A stretch of DNA of 64,000 nt from a candidate division WOR-3 bacterium (GTDB lineage Bacteria; Hydrothermota; Hydrothermia; JBDRYB01): NCBI GenBank assembly GCA_039803205.1, contig JBDRYB010000001.1:299413-363412 (forward strand), written 5' to 3'. The notes beneath the pieces were generated by a model, which saw only the letters and a list, made by a program, of their open reading frames with translations, was not told the DNA's origin and did not search any database. Positions 11,183 to 20,911 of this stretch are shown piece after piece; positions within the stretch are counted from its first letter, which is position 1, and each line of letters opens with the position of its first letter. The position numbers and the translations under genes are program-made.

Positions 11183-12237
11183 CTTCCGCGATAAAAAAGG
11201 AGTTCGCCCTCCTCCTCAGGGACAGGCGCCTCCTGGCCCCTATTTTCGTTATCCCTGTCCTTCAGGTCGTGATCCTTAGCTACGGCGCAACCCTCGAGAT
11301 AAAGAGGATTGGGGTTGGGGTATGCGATATGGACATGAGCTCCGGGTCCAGAAGGCTCATCTCAGCGATGGAGGGGACGGGCTATTTCAGGGTGAAGATG
11401 GTTTCTGACCCCAAGCAGATCACGCTGATGCTTGACAGGCGAGAGGCGGTCATTGGGATAGTTATTCCGCACGGTTTCGCTTCCGGAAGAAACAGAGAGG
11501 TTCAAGTCCTCGTTGATGGTTCAAACACCTCGTTGGGTCAGATCGCGCTTTATTATTTCACGGGAGTTATAATGAGCGCCACTGCGAACAGCCTACCCTT
11601 GGACGACAGGGTCCGCGTAATATACAATCCCATGATGAAGAGCTCCTGGTTCATGGTTCCGGGCGTCGTGGGGCTCGTTCTCTTGGTCTTCACCATGCTC
11701 CTTACTGCGATAGCGGTTGTCAAGGAGAAGGAGCACGGGACCCTTGAGCAAGTGATAGTTTCTCCCATGAGGCCATGGGAGTTCGTTTTCTCAAAGACCC
11801 TTCCCTTTGTTCTGGTTGGGATGGTTCAGGTCTCCCTCGTGCTCACCATCGCTGTTTTGTGGTTCAGGATACCGTTCAAGGGCTCCCTCTTTACCCTGGC
11901 GGTATTCGGCCTTCTCATGCTTATGTCAACCCTCTCCCTTGGGCTTTTCATATCCGTGATAACCAGGACCCAGAAGCAGGCCATGATGACCGCCTACTTC
12001 ATAGCTCCTGTCCTCGTCATCCTCTCAGGCTTCATGATTCCGGTAGAGAACATGCCGAGGCCTTCCCAGATAGTTGCTTGGCTAAACCCGATAACATATT
12101 TCCTTCAGGCGATGAGGGGGATATTTTTGAAGGGCTGGGGTTTCCGGGAGCTTTGGCCCCAGGCTATTGTCCTATTCATCTACGGAACAGTCCTTCTTTC
12201 AATTTCAACTTGGCTCGTCAGAAAGAGGGTTTTGTGA
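11164..12237 (+). CDS. ABC-2 type transporter permease
   Basis: KKEFALLLRD, IYNP, VKEKEHGTLEQVIVSP, LSGFMIPVENMP. Confidence 0.9.
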   Translation: MAFSRLTSAIKKEFALLLRDRRLLAPIFVIPVLQVVILSYGATLEIKRIGVGVCDMDMSSGSRRLISAMEGTGYFRVKMVSDPKQITLMLDRREAVIGIVIPHGFASGRNREVQVLVDGSNTSLGQIALYYFTGVIMSATANSLPLDDRVRVIYNPMMKSSWFMVPGVVGLVLLVFTMLLTAIAVVKEKEHGTLEQVIVSPMRPWEFVFSKTLPFVLVGMVQVSLVLTIAVLWFRIPFKGSLFTLAVFGLLMLMSTLSLGLFISVITRTQKQAMMTAYFIAPVLVILSGFMIPVENMPRPSQIVAWLNPITYFLQAMRGIFLKGWGFRELWPQAIVLFIYGTVLLSISTWLVRKRVL

Positions 12238-13945
12238 AGAGGCTCCTCTCCAGCCTGGTCTTCAGGGTCCATCCGATGTAAACCGGCAGGAGATCCGGAG
12301 GCACATCCTTCATTCTGACCATTTTGCCTCCCTTTATCGCCCTTTTCAGCTCAAATACATAAACCCCATCCGGAACAGGGCATATTTCCCTCTTACCCTT
12401 CTTGGCTGAGAAAACAGCTTTAGCCAGGGGGTCAAGGGCTTTCGGGTAGATCGTCGTGTCCGAGGGCAGCTCCCTGAGCTCTTTTGCCCTCTTTTTCACC
12501 TCATCTGGGTTATCCCCTTCATACGGCAGAAACGCGAAAGAGATCTCCCTGCCTGGTGGTTCGATCAGCTCGTCCCCCACAGGGAAAACCGCCATCTCAA
12601 TGGCCCTGAATGCCCCCACATCATCGCTGACCTTGCGCGAGAATTCTTCTCGGCTCATGCCCATCCTCGCCAGGTCCCGCGATGGGTTCAAGGAAAGAGA
12701 TAATAGCCAATCAGCGAAAGCCACATCCTCTCCCGGAACGATGAGGTTCTTCCCTTTTGTCGTGAGACCCTGTCCCGCGGCATCCGAGAAGGAGCCTTTG
12801 ATAGAACCTCCTCTGTCTTTGGCCTTTTTGGGGGCGCCAGCAGCCTCATATCCCCTCAGCTTCCCCCTGTTCACCTCGTTTCTGAGCCTGGTGTAGTCAA
12901 AATACGATATGCCTCTGGCTCCACGGGAGCGCGCCTCTGCTTCCTCCCAAGCCGCCTCTGCCTCCATCCCTGGCCAAAGGAACCCGATTCCAAAAACAGC
13001 GTCAGGCCTTTTGGATAAGCCGAAACTCAGGTAATCCGAGAAAAGCCCTGTGTCGTTGGTATATGACATCAGAACGAGATAATCCACGATCTCCTCCCAC
13101 CTCCACCAAGACTGCGCCACCCTGAAACCTGCCGCACCAGGATTTGCCCAAACAGCCGCGCTGAGAGTGAGACCCCTTCCCCACCTGTATCCCGAGAGCG
13201 CATCGCTTACGCCTTTTAGAGCTTGATAAACCGCGAGCTCGCGCTCCTCGTTCAGACGCCAGAAACACCATGTGAGATAGCGTTCCTCAAGCGAGAGCCT
13301 CGGATAGCGGACGAGCTCCATCCAGCGAAGCCCCTCGGCTTCCGGAATGCGGAACAGCACGGTTTCATCCCGATCCGGAAGCCCCCACCATGTCCCAGGA
13401 AACCTTATGAAATCAAGGTGAATTCCATCAACGGGATAATCCCTGGCTATCTCACCGCATACCCCGGAGAGCCAAGCCCTCACCTCGGGATTGGCTGGAT
13501 CCATGAAGATCCCGTCCAGGCCGTAAGATCTCCATGTCTCTGGCGAATACTGGAACATAGGCCTTCCGAGGACATCTCTGAGAGACCAGTCCGGATGGCT
13601 ATAGATTATGTGAGAGGTGGATTCGGGAGGCTCGTCCCCAGACCAGACGAGCAAGGAGTTGACCCAAGCGTGGACCCGGATCCCCTTCTGGTGAGCCGCT
13701 TTTATCAGAGAATCGAGGGGATCGTAATCCGGGCCTGAAACCCTTGAGAGGTATTGGCTCCTGGGCAGGATGGAGGACTTGTAGTAAGCGTATCCCCCGA
13801 CAACGGCCTGGTAATAGATGTCAGTTATGCCCATCTCCTCCGCCAGGGAGATTATTCCGGATATTGAGTCGGGCGAGGCGGCTGAGGATGCCCTAACCCA
13901 CATCCCCTTTTGAAACCCGAAAAGAGCCACTGTAAGGATTATCAC
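12218..13945 (-). CDS. Glycosyl hydrolase-like 10 (GHL10) family protein with an uncharacterised C-terminal extension
   Basis: KGMWV, DYDPL, IRVHAW, MDPANPEVR, YPVDGIHLDFIRFP. Confidence 0.8.
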   Translation of the reverse strand: MIILTVALFGFQKGMWVRASSAASPDSISGIISLAEEMGITDIYYQAVVGGYAYYKSSILPRSQYLSRVSGPDYDPLDSLIKAAHQKGIRVHAWVNSLLVWSGDEPPESTSHIIYSHPDWSLRDVLGRPMFQYSPETWRSYGLDGIFMDPANPEVRAWLSGVCGEIARDYPVDGIHLDFIRFPGTWWGLPDRDETVLFRIPEAEGLRWMELVRYPRLSLEERYLTWCFWRLNEERELAVYQALKGVSDALSGYRWGRGLTLSAAVWANPGAAGFRVAQSWWRWEEIVDYLVLMSYTNDTGLFSDYLSFGLSKRPDAVFGIGFLWPGMEAEAAWEEAEARSRGARGISYFDYTRLRNEVNRGKLRGYEAAGAPKKAKDRGGSIKGSFSDAAGQGLTTKGKNLIVPGEDVAFADWLLSLSLNPSRDLARMGMSREEFSRKVSDDVGAFRAIEMAVFPVGDELIEPPGREISFAFLPYEGDNPDEVKKRAKELRELPSDTTIYPKALDPLAKAVFSAKKGKREICPVPDGVYVFELKRAIKGGKMVRMKDVPPDLLPVYIGWTLKTRLERSLFTKPSF

Positions 13946-15087
13946 CTCCCCTTCTCCACATATCTCTCGTAGAGCCTCGCTATGAGGCCGGGGTAAAGCC
14001 TATCCTTTGCGAGGATAACCCTCGCAACTGAGAGATTGAGCCGCTCCTCTCTACGCTTATCGTTTCTGCACATATCTGATATGGTTGCGATCATCTCCGG
14101 CACACGCTTGTCATCAAGGATAAGGAGCATGTCGTTTCCGGCGTCAAAAGCGGCCCTGGTTATCTTGGCGAAATCCTCCTTCGTGAATTCTGTCTGGTAG
14201 TCCTTGCGGACGAACTCTCTCAGGGCAGGAGCCCAGAGATCATCGGTCATCACTATGCCCCAAGGAAGTATGGCGTGGGCATATCCCACTATCCTGGGCG
14301 AGAGGCAGGCTGGGACAGAATCGTAGTCAGGATAAACCAGGCTTGACATCATGACCCCATCAAGCCATGGCGCAACGCGCGCGAAAACCATGAGATCATC
14401 TGCAAAACGTTTCGCGCTGACCCTGTATCTGACCAGAGAGACATCCGAGTTCCATCTTTCCTCGCCGTATCCCGGAAAATGCTTCGCGATAACCAGAACC
14501 CCTCCCTCCTGACACCCCCTCGCGAACTCAGCCCCCTTTTCCGCGACGGTGTCGGGATCCCCAGAGAAGACCCTGAGCATCTTGCGCTGGAGGGCGTTCT
14601 CGCTCCCAGAAACATCAAGGCAGGGAGCCAGGTTCGTGTTCAGGCCGAGCTCCCTCATGTCCCTTCCCAGCTTAAGGGTATACTTATAGACGGAGTCCTT
14701 CGGCCAACTGCCCATCTCAACTGGCGAGGGAGTTGTCTCGTAGCCAGGGATGTTTCTCAGCCGGTTGACCTTTCCGCATTCCTGATCGCAGGAAAGCAGA
14801 GGCGGGATCTCCATGGCGCTCATGAAATCAGAGCAGAGCTTCTGAGTGTATTCAACCGACTTTATGTGGTGCTTGTTGTTCATCACAACGCCGCCAATAT
14901 GGTATTTTGCCGCATATGTGGGGTGCGGCGGAAACGAGAGGAGTATCTGGCCTGCCCTCATCTCCAAGGGGATGGATCGGGCAATCGTCAGAGCGGAATC
15001 AATCTGCGCCTGACTTGGTTGGGGGCCGAGGAGAGCAAGCGCTGTTATTGGCCCGAGCATGGCCAAAAGAATAAGGAAAAAGCTCAT
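13942..15087 (-). CDS. Glycoside hydrolase family 3 N-terminal-domain protein (NagZ-like), exported
   Basis: CDQECGKVNRL, NLAPCLDV, KHFPGYG, MTDDL; start could also be 15129. Confidence 0.82.
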   Translation of the reverse strand: MSFFLILLAMLGPITALALLGPQPSQAQIDSALTIARSIPLEMRAGQILLSFPPHPTYAAKYHIGGVVMNNKHHIKSVEYTQKLCSDFMSAMEIPPLLSCDQECGKVNRLRNIPGYETTPSPVEMGSWPKDSVYKYTLKLGRDMRELGLNTNLAPCLDVSGSENALQRKMLRVFSGDPDTVAEKGAEFARGCQEGGVLVIAKHFPGYGEERWNSDVSLVRYRVSAKRFADDLMVFARVAPWLDGVMMSSLVYPDYDSVPACLSPRIVGYAHAILPWGIVMTDDLWAPALREFVRKDYQTEFTKEDFAKITRAAFDAGNDMLLILDDKRVPEMIATISDMCRNDKRREERLNLSVARVILAKDRLYPGLIARLYERYVEKGR

Positions 15088-15143
15088 CCTGGCGCAATCG
15101 CAGTTGCCCAATTCGCCCAATGAGATCAAAGAGAATGAGGCCT

Positions 15144-15551
15144 CTAGAACCTCTCCAGATAAACCCTCGCCTCCCCTTTCTTTATCTCAATCCGGCTTAT
15201 TCTCGTGTTCCACCGCATCTCAGCGGGGAGCTTGTCCCAGAACTGCGTTATATCAACCCAGAGCAGGTCTCTATCTATCCTTACCCCTTTTCTTATGAAC
15301 CTGACAGCGGTTTTAACGAGGGACAGGGAGCCTTCTTCTTCAAACCTGAAGGAGAGTTCCTTTACATCCCCCCAACAAACCCCCTCTGGGACGAGCCTGG
15401 CTCTCAGCTCCCCTGGCACCAGGGGTGCCTTGACCGAGAGCAAAATGAACCCCTCCTCCAATTCAAGCCGGGCCTCTCTCACGGGGAGCCGGCCCCTGTA
15501 GACATCAAGAAGGAGCCCGATGAATCCCTGGCTCAGGGAAAAATAGTTCAT
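15144..15551 (-). CDS. Hypothetical protein
   Basis: ATG 15551 coupled to the upstream stop; fills the gap in a co-directional run. Confidence 0.55.
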   Translation of the reverse strand: MNYFSLSQGFIGLLLDVYRGRLPVREARLELEEGFILLSVKAPLVPGELRARLVPEGVCWGDVKELSFRFEEEGSLSLVKTAVRFIRKGVRIDRDLLWVDITQFWDKLPAEMRWNTRISRIEIKKGEARVYLERF

Positions 15552-16522
15552 CTTTTCAGGATAACCCTTTTCGTCGTTCCCTCGCATGAGACGGCCATGA
15601 GGATATATGCCCCTGGTCTCAGATCCTCGGTTTCAAGGTTAACAAAGCCCTCAGAGACCACCGAAATTGCCATTCTGCCCCCCGCATCCCACAGGGAAAT
15701 CTCCGCACCGGGAGGGGCTATTATGTGTAGGGATTCGGAGAAGGGGTTTGGGTAGACTTTCACTGGGGGGCCGGGTTTCGGCTCCCGTTCATCCAGGTTG
15801 AGGCCTCCGCATCCGAGCACATACCATATCTCATCTATGTAGATCTCAGTGCCATCCTCAAGGCCATCGTGGTCGTCATCCCCTCCGGCCTCCTGGAGTA
15901 TGAAGGAGTTCAGAAGGGTTCTGGGCCGGTCCTCACACGGCTTGGTGACAACGCTAGCATTTGGATAGTCCTCAAGATACTGGTATCCCCACCCTGCAGC
16001 GGCGATGTATCCGGAGGCTATCGCGAGGCTGTCCCCTTCGTCCTGGTAATCGTTGGAAAAACTGACCTGATGAGGAGGCTGTTCAGGATAAACGAGAACC
16101 CCGTCCCAGATACTCAGAGTTGGTAGATCGTCTATGTTCCCTGATGCCACAGCGCCCATCGCGGACCAAAGGGTTGTCCATCCCGTGTGGGAGCCATCAG
16201 TATCGTAGGTTGAAACTATGAGAGCGCCTCCCCTCTGAACCCAAGCCTCAAGATCATCCCAATATGCGCCGATGCCGGGCATGGAAGCGTGATCCACGAT
16301 GACAAGGTCCCAGCCACCCTCTCCTAGGGCATTTCCGAATCCGACCGGATCCTTGAAATACAGGCTCCATGTCAGGCTTGTCATTCCGGTGAGATAGCTC
16401 AGTGCCTTGACCACCATGAGGTCTGAGGGGTTTCCTACATACTGCGCGTCCGCGTAAACAAGGATATCAACATACTGTCTATGTGGCCACAGGCCCGTTA
16501 TCGCGAAAAGCAACAAGTTCAT
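15548..16522 (-). CDS. Secreted uncharacterised protein with T9SS type A sorting (CTD)-like domain
   Basis: VYPNPFSE...WDAGGR...LRPGAYIL...KRVILKR. Confidence 0.8.
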   Translation of the reverse strand: MNLLLFAITGLWPHRQYVDILVYADAQYVGNPSDLMVVKALSYLTGMTSLTWSLYFKDPVGFGNALGEGGWDLVIVDHASMPGIGAYWDDLEAWVQRGGALIVSTYDTDGSHTGWTTLWSAMGAVASGNIDDLPTLSIWDGVLVYPEQPPHQVSFSNDYQDEGDSLAIASGYIAAAGWGYQYLEDYPNASVVTKPCEDRPRTLLNSFILQEAGGDDDHDGLEDGTEIYIDEIWYVLGCGGLNLDEREPKPGPPVKVYPNPFSESLHIIAPPGAEISLWDAGGRMAISVVSEGFVNLETEDLRPGAYILMAVSCEGTTKRVILKR

Positions 16523-16579
16523 GGTGATATTTTAATACTCAGCGAAGAGGATGTGCAAACGCGTCTCTGGAGCTTTGGC

Positions 16580-17890
16580 CTATATCTTTATCACCCTTGC
16601 CTTACCCTTTAAGCCGCCGGTTGCGTTTCTGGTGTCTATAACCAACCTGGAGTTCCCGAGGATCATCTTCCAGTCTATTCCGGAGTGATCCGTTGTTATG
16701 ACCACCGCATCAGCTGAGGCAAGCACAGAAGGGGTCAAGTCAATGGAGGCCATATCCATTCCCTCCCCCCTGAGATCCGGGACCAAAGGATCGTGGTATG
16801 AAACCTCCGCGCCCTTTTCCAAAAGCATTTTTATCACATCAAGAGCGGGGGATTCCCTCGTGTCCCCGATATCCGGTTTATAAGCCACCCCTATCACTAT
16901 GATCTTTGATCCGTTCAGGGGTTTCCTCTCATCGTTCAGAGCGTTAGCGGTTAGCTCAACCACATGCCTTGGCATTGATGTGTTTATCTCTGAGGCGACC
17001 TCTATCATCCTGGCGTTATAGTTGAGGCTCTTCATCTTCCAAGAGAGATAAAGGGGGTCTATGGGGATGCAGTGGCCGCCTATTCCTGGGCCAGGGAGGA
17101 ACTTCATGAAGCCGAAACCCTTTGTCTCAGCGCCCTCTATAACCTCCCAGACATCTATTCCCAGCAGTTCGCACATTATTGCCAGCTCATTAACCAAGGC
17201 TATGTTCACTGCCCTGAAGGTGTTTTCCAGCAACTTCACCATCTCAGCGGCCTTGGCCGATGACATGGGAACCGCCTTCTTGACCACCTTGTTGTATATG
17301 GCGCAGACTATCTCGGTTGATACGGGATCAATGCCCCCAACGACCTTGGGCGTGTTCTTCGGCCTGTGAACAGGATCCCCCGGATTTATGCGCTCGGGGC
17401 TAAATGTAAGGAAGAAGTCCTTCCCAGCAACGAGGCCCGTCTTCTCCAGCTCGGGTTTTATAACCTCATCCGTTGTGCCAGGATACACGGTTGATTCTAG
17501 GGAAACCACATGCCCCCTTCTCAGGTGAGGGGCAAACGAGCTGACCGCGTTCATCACGAATCCCATGTCGGGGTCCCTCGTTTTTGAGAGGGGTGTTGGA
17601 ACCGCTATGAAAACGAAGTCCGCCTCTCTTAGAACCCCGTAATCAACCGAAGCAGTTATCATGCCCCTTTCCACGAAACCCTTGAGCGTTTCCGTGGGCG
17701 TATCAGAGATGTAGGATACTCCTTTGTTCACCATCTCCACTTTGGCCTGGTCAATGTCAACCCCAATAACCCGGTAGCCCTCCTCAGCGAAATCAACGGC
17801 CAGAGGAAGGCCGACATAGCCAAGGCCAACAACGCCAACGACGGCTGTTCTGTCCTCAACCTTCTTGAGTATCTCCTCGCGCAAGCTCAT
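16580..17890 (-). CDS. UDP-N-acetyl-hexosamine (nucleotide sugar) dehydrogenase, WecC/WbpA family
   Basis: GLGYVGLP, ESTVYPGTT, SPERINPG, KLLENTFRAVNIA, GGHCIPIDP. Confidence 0.92.
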   Translation of the reverse strand: MSLREEILKKVEDRTAVVGVVGLGYVGLPLAVDFAEEGYRVIGVDIDQAKVEMVNKGVSYISDTPTETLKGFVERGMITASVDYGVLREADFVFIAVPTPLSKTRDPDMGFVMNAVSSFAPHLRRGHVVSLESTVYPGTTDEVIKPELEKTGLVAGKDFFLTFSPERINPGDPVHRPKNTPKVVGGIDPVSTEIVCAIYNKVVKKAVPMSSAKAAEMVKLLENTFRAVNIALVNELAIMCELLGIDVWEVIEGAETKGFGFMKFLPGPGIGGHCIPIDPLYLSWKMKSLNYNARMIEVASEINTSMPRHVVELTANALNDERKPLNGSKIIVIGVAYKPDIGDTRESPALDVIKMLLEKGAEVSYHDPLVPDLRGEGMDMASIDLTPSVLASADAVVITTDHSGIDWKMILGNSRLVIDTRNATGGLKGKARVIKI

Positions 17891-18578
17891 GTTTGTATGC
17901 TCCTTCCACCTCCGGCTCGAACAAGGCCGGAGAAATTCCCTGCCTGAGCAGTTTTCTTATCATCTCGCCATGCCTCTTATAATCGCCAGGACTATGGGCA
18001 TCTGATGCCAAAGCATAAATGAGCCCTTCCCTGAGAAAGGCTTCTGCCCTCCTCTTCACCTCACGCCCGTGTGTCCCCAAAAGGCTCCCCGAGTTCATTA
18101 TGGCAAGAACGCCCCTTTCGGTCAAGCGTCTGAGCTTCTCAACCCCCATGTAATAATAGCGCTCAGGATGCGCCAGGAGGGGCAAGAGTCCTCCCTTAAC
18201 CAGATCAGAGAGGTAATCTCCGGCCGCCAGGATCTCATTGACCAGAGGGAGCTCCACGAGGATGGCTTTCGTGCCACCAAGGGTGAGCCCTTCTGGATTC
18301 ACTCCTTCCACAAGAGCGAGCATGTGAACCTCATACCCGATTGCTATACGGATTCCGGTTTTGCCAGCTATAAGGCTGGCTAGCTCCTCAAGTGTTTCCC
18401 TTTTTGGTATATCTGAGGCGTGAAACACATGGGGCGTGGCGAAGACCATATCACAGCCATCCTCCTGGGCCTCCTCTGCCATGCGGAGACTGTCAGCTAT
18501 ATCGCGAGGGCCATCATCAACCCCTGGAAGGAGGTGAGAATGAAGGTCAATCCAGCTCAGATTGAAATTATAATGCAT
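17856..18578 (-). CDS. PHP-family tyrosine-protein phosphatase (CpsB/YwqE-like)
   Basis: DLHSHLLPGVDDG, ATPH, AHPERY, ASDAH. Confidence 0.88.
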   Translation of the reverse strand: MHYNFNLSWIDLHSHLLPGVDDGPRDIADSLRMAEEAQEDGCDMVFATPHVFHASDIPKRETLEELASLIAGKTGIRIAIGYEVHMLALVEGVNPEGLTLGGTKAILVELPLVNEILAAGDYLSDLVKGGLLPLLAHPERYYYMGVEKLRRLTERGVLAIMNSGSLLGTHGREVKRRAEAFLREGLIYALASDAHSPGDYKRHGEMIRKLLRQGISPALFEPEVEGAYKHELARGDTQEG

Positions 18579-18630
18579 TTGCTCGCCTGCTTTCCCCGGA
18601 TGTATAATTTGTCAAGATTAGGAGGCAATC

Positions 18631-19098
18631 ATGAAGGCTAAAGAAATGGGAAAATGGCTGCTCGGGGACCTGCTCTGGGGAACGGGGTTCTATCTTTTTT
18701 CCATAGGGGGGATATACCTCGCTGTGGAGTGGGGAAGAAGCCCATTGTTCGCGAGGCGCGCGACGGTGCTCGGATATGTGCTATACATGCTCATCACCAT
18801 AATCATCGTCCTTCTCGTAGGGATGGGGGCGGCCGGGAAAGAAAGAAAACCACCCGGAAGGAGCCTCGCCACAAAGACCCTCATCTGGGCCGGAATAACC
18901 ATCCCCGTCTCATCGGCGGCATTCGCTCTGTCCGCTCTCTGCCTCTATGCGGCCGGACTGATTCTCGGGGCGAAGATGCCCACCCTCGGTTTCGGTAACT
19001 GGCTGGGCGCGTGGGCCATCATGCTGGCCCTTTCTCTGCTGAAGGTGATGTTTACCATATGGATGAGCGGTATTCCCTCTCAGGAACGACCAGGATGA
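18631..19098 (+). CDS. Small integral membrane protein (about 4 TM)
   Basis: AGGAGG RBS before ATG; four hydrophobic segments. Confidence 0.65.
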   Translation: MKAKEMGKWLLGDLLWGTGFYLFSIGGIYLAVEWGRSPLFARRATVLGYVLYMLITIIIVLLVGMGAAGKERKPPGRSLATKTLIWAGITIPVSSAAFALSALCLYAAGLILGAKMPTLGFGNWLGAWAIMLALSLLKVMFTIWMSGIPSQERPG

Positions 19099-19132
19099 AC
19101 GGGTTGGTGGTGCTGGTTTATACTATTGACCT

Positions 19133-19723
19133 ATGAGGTTCTTTCTCCTTTTGGCCTTTGCAGTTTCGGCTCTCCCGGCTTTCCGTGAACCGCTTCCTGC
19201 AGGATGCACACGCGGCATCTGGACAGAGGGCTTCTTGGGAATGAATTTCACCGGTGGAACAAGGCAGGATGTCTCCCTTTCTGGCTGGGGATTGAATGGG
19301 GGAGCGGGCCTCGGATGGTGGGTCCACCATCACTTTGGGATTCGTGGCCAGTTCCGCTACATGGACTATAACTTCAGGTCCGGAAAGGATGTCTCCCCGC
19401 CCCTCACATATTCTTATATGGGATATGGTTTCTGGGGAGGTATGGTTTTGCGTTTTGCTGGCGAAAACTCCCTAATTATGCCCTACATCGGCGGCGAAGG
19501 CGGTTATCTCAAGCCCTTCCACGGACTCGTCAAGGAGGGAGGAAGCATCCGGAAGATACCTCCTGATTCCCTCGGATCAGAGACCCTTTACGGCGGCCTT
19601 GTGGGCATGTTCTTCAGGCTTCCCAAAAATTCCCTCTGGAAGCTGGAGGCTGGCTACAACCGGATGGGAGATGACTACCTCCTGAACATAAATACGGGGT
19701 TCACATTCAAGGTCTGGTGGTGA
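19133..19723 (+). CDS. Outer membrane beta-barrel protein
   Basis: Signal peptide, alternating G/aromatic strands, PYIGG, C-terminal TGFTFKVWW. Confidence 0.7.
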   Translation: MRFFLLLAFAVSALPAFREPLPAGCTRGIWTEGFLGMNFTGGTRQDVSLSGWGLNGGAGLGWWVHHHFGIRGQFRYMDYNFRSGKDVSPPLTYSYMGYGFWGGMVLRFAGENSLIMPYIGGEGGYLKPFHGLVKEGGSIRKIPPDSLGSETLYGGLVGMFFRLPKNSLWKLEAGYNRMGDDYLLNINTGFTFKVWW

Positions 19724-20322
19724 GAAAGCTCAGGTTTCTTCTGTATGTGATACTTGGCCTTGTCCTATTCTCCGGTCTATCCGTTTGCTGTCTGAACGCT
19801 CTAATGCCCCTCGTTGTTGGCAGGGGGAAGGTTGAGGTTCCGGCTCTCATAGGTATGGATCAAGAGGAGGCCCGGACGGTCCTCAGGAGGATTGGCCTCA
19901 GGATGAGGACGGATACCTCGCTTCCCTCAAGGGATTATCCCGAAGGCACGGTGATGGCCCAGAACCCACCCCCAGGGACGCATGTGAAAAAGGGGAGGAG
20001 GGTCTCGGTCACTCTGAGCGCTGGGGTCAAGAAGGTGGTCATTCCAGATCTTGAGGGCGAGGAAGGGGAGCACGGTAGGGCGATTCTCAGGAAACTGGGG
20101 CTTGGGGTCAGAATCGTGACCATCCAGACAACGGATATGGAGGCTGGCTACATCATTGGGACGAGGCCGAGGTCCGGAACCCAAGTAGATTACGGGGACA
20201 CTGTAACCCTGATAATATCAGCAGGCCTTCCCCAATTCATCCCGGATACCATAATCGCGGAGATAGAGAGCCTTGAAGCTGGTGCGGATTCCGGGAAAAC
20301 GAAGCCGCGAGAGCACCAATAG
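19717..20322 (+). CDS. Membrane-anchored PASTA-domain protein (2 PASTA)
   Basis: N-terminal TM, VPALIGM...GTVMAQNPPPG, IPDLEG...GYIIGTRP. Confidence 0.88.
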   Translation: MVRKLRFLLYVILGLVLFSGLSVCCLNALMPLVVGRGKVEVPALIGMDQEEARTVLRRIGLRMRTDTSLPSRDYPEGTVMAQNPPPGTHVKKGRRVSVTLSAGVKKVVIPDLEGEEGEHGRAILRKLGLGVRIVTIQTTDMEAGYIIGTRPRSGTQVDYGDTVTLIISAGLPQFIPDTIIAEIESLEAGADSGKTKPREHQ

Positions 20323-20395
20323 GTTAGAGGGGATAGCCGAATATACGCAGGGATTATCCAGACTTTTGGCGGACTGAGGTGGGTCCCTATAACCC

Positions 20396-20869
20396 CTACT
20401 TTCTCTTCCTGGCCTCCTCAAGCAGGGGCGCCAGTGCCCTCTCGGCCGCTGTGTTGAAGTCAGGCCCCATGCCTTGGCCCATGTAGAGGACCTCGCCCGT
20501 CTCCGAATCCGTCAGCTTGACGAGAACCGTCCCCCCTGAGAAGGACACAAAGCCCACGATGTCCGCGCCAGTGAGACTCCCTATGCGCCCCGCAGAGGAG
20601 GGGTCAACCGCGCCTGAGACCCCGAATTCCTGTTCCGAGAGCACGCCCTCAACCCGCTTTCGCTCCAGCACGATGAGGTTGCCGACCTTGAGGAGCTGGA
20701 GGGAAACCTGGTTATACGCCGCTTCGTCAAGGAAACCGCCCTCAGAAACGAGAGCGACCCGGTATGTCCTTCCGAAATCATAAGAGGGGGATATAGCCCA
20801 ATCGGAGGGCTTTGTTGTGGCTATACAGCCCACAACCGCCAGCAGTGCTGAGAGTATTGATCTTTTCAT
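20396..20869 (-). CDS. CsgG/HfaB-like lipoprotein
   Basis: Lipobox-like VVGC; VLERKRVEGVLSEQEFGVSGAVD...IGSLTGAD. Confidence 0.72.
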   Translation of the reverse strand: MKRSILSALLAVVGCIATTKPSDWAISPSYDFGRTYRVALVSEGGFLDEAAYNQVSLQLLKVGNLIVLERKRVEGVLSEQEFGVSGAVDPSSAGRIGSLTGADIVGFVSFSGGTVLVKLTDSETGEVLYMGQGMGPDFNTAAERALAPLLEEARKRK

Positions 20870-20911
20870 AGCGCTTTTTTGACCCCCCAAGGAACTCATT
20901 TGTTCCTGCCC

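Noticed and set aside
20322..20394. Imperfect long-range stem GGTTAGAGGGG...TCCCTATAACC between convergent genes as an ncRNA
   Set aside because: Only about 10 bp with a mismatch, no recognisable SRP/6S motif and no promoter; at most a weak terminator
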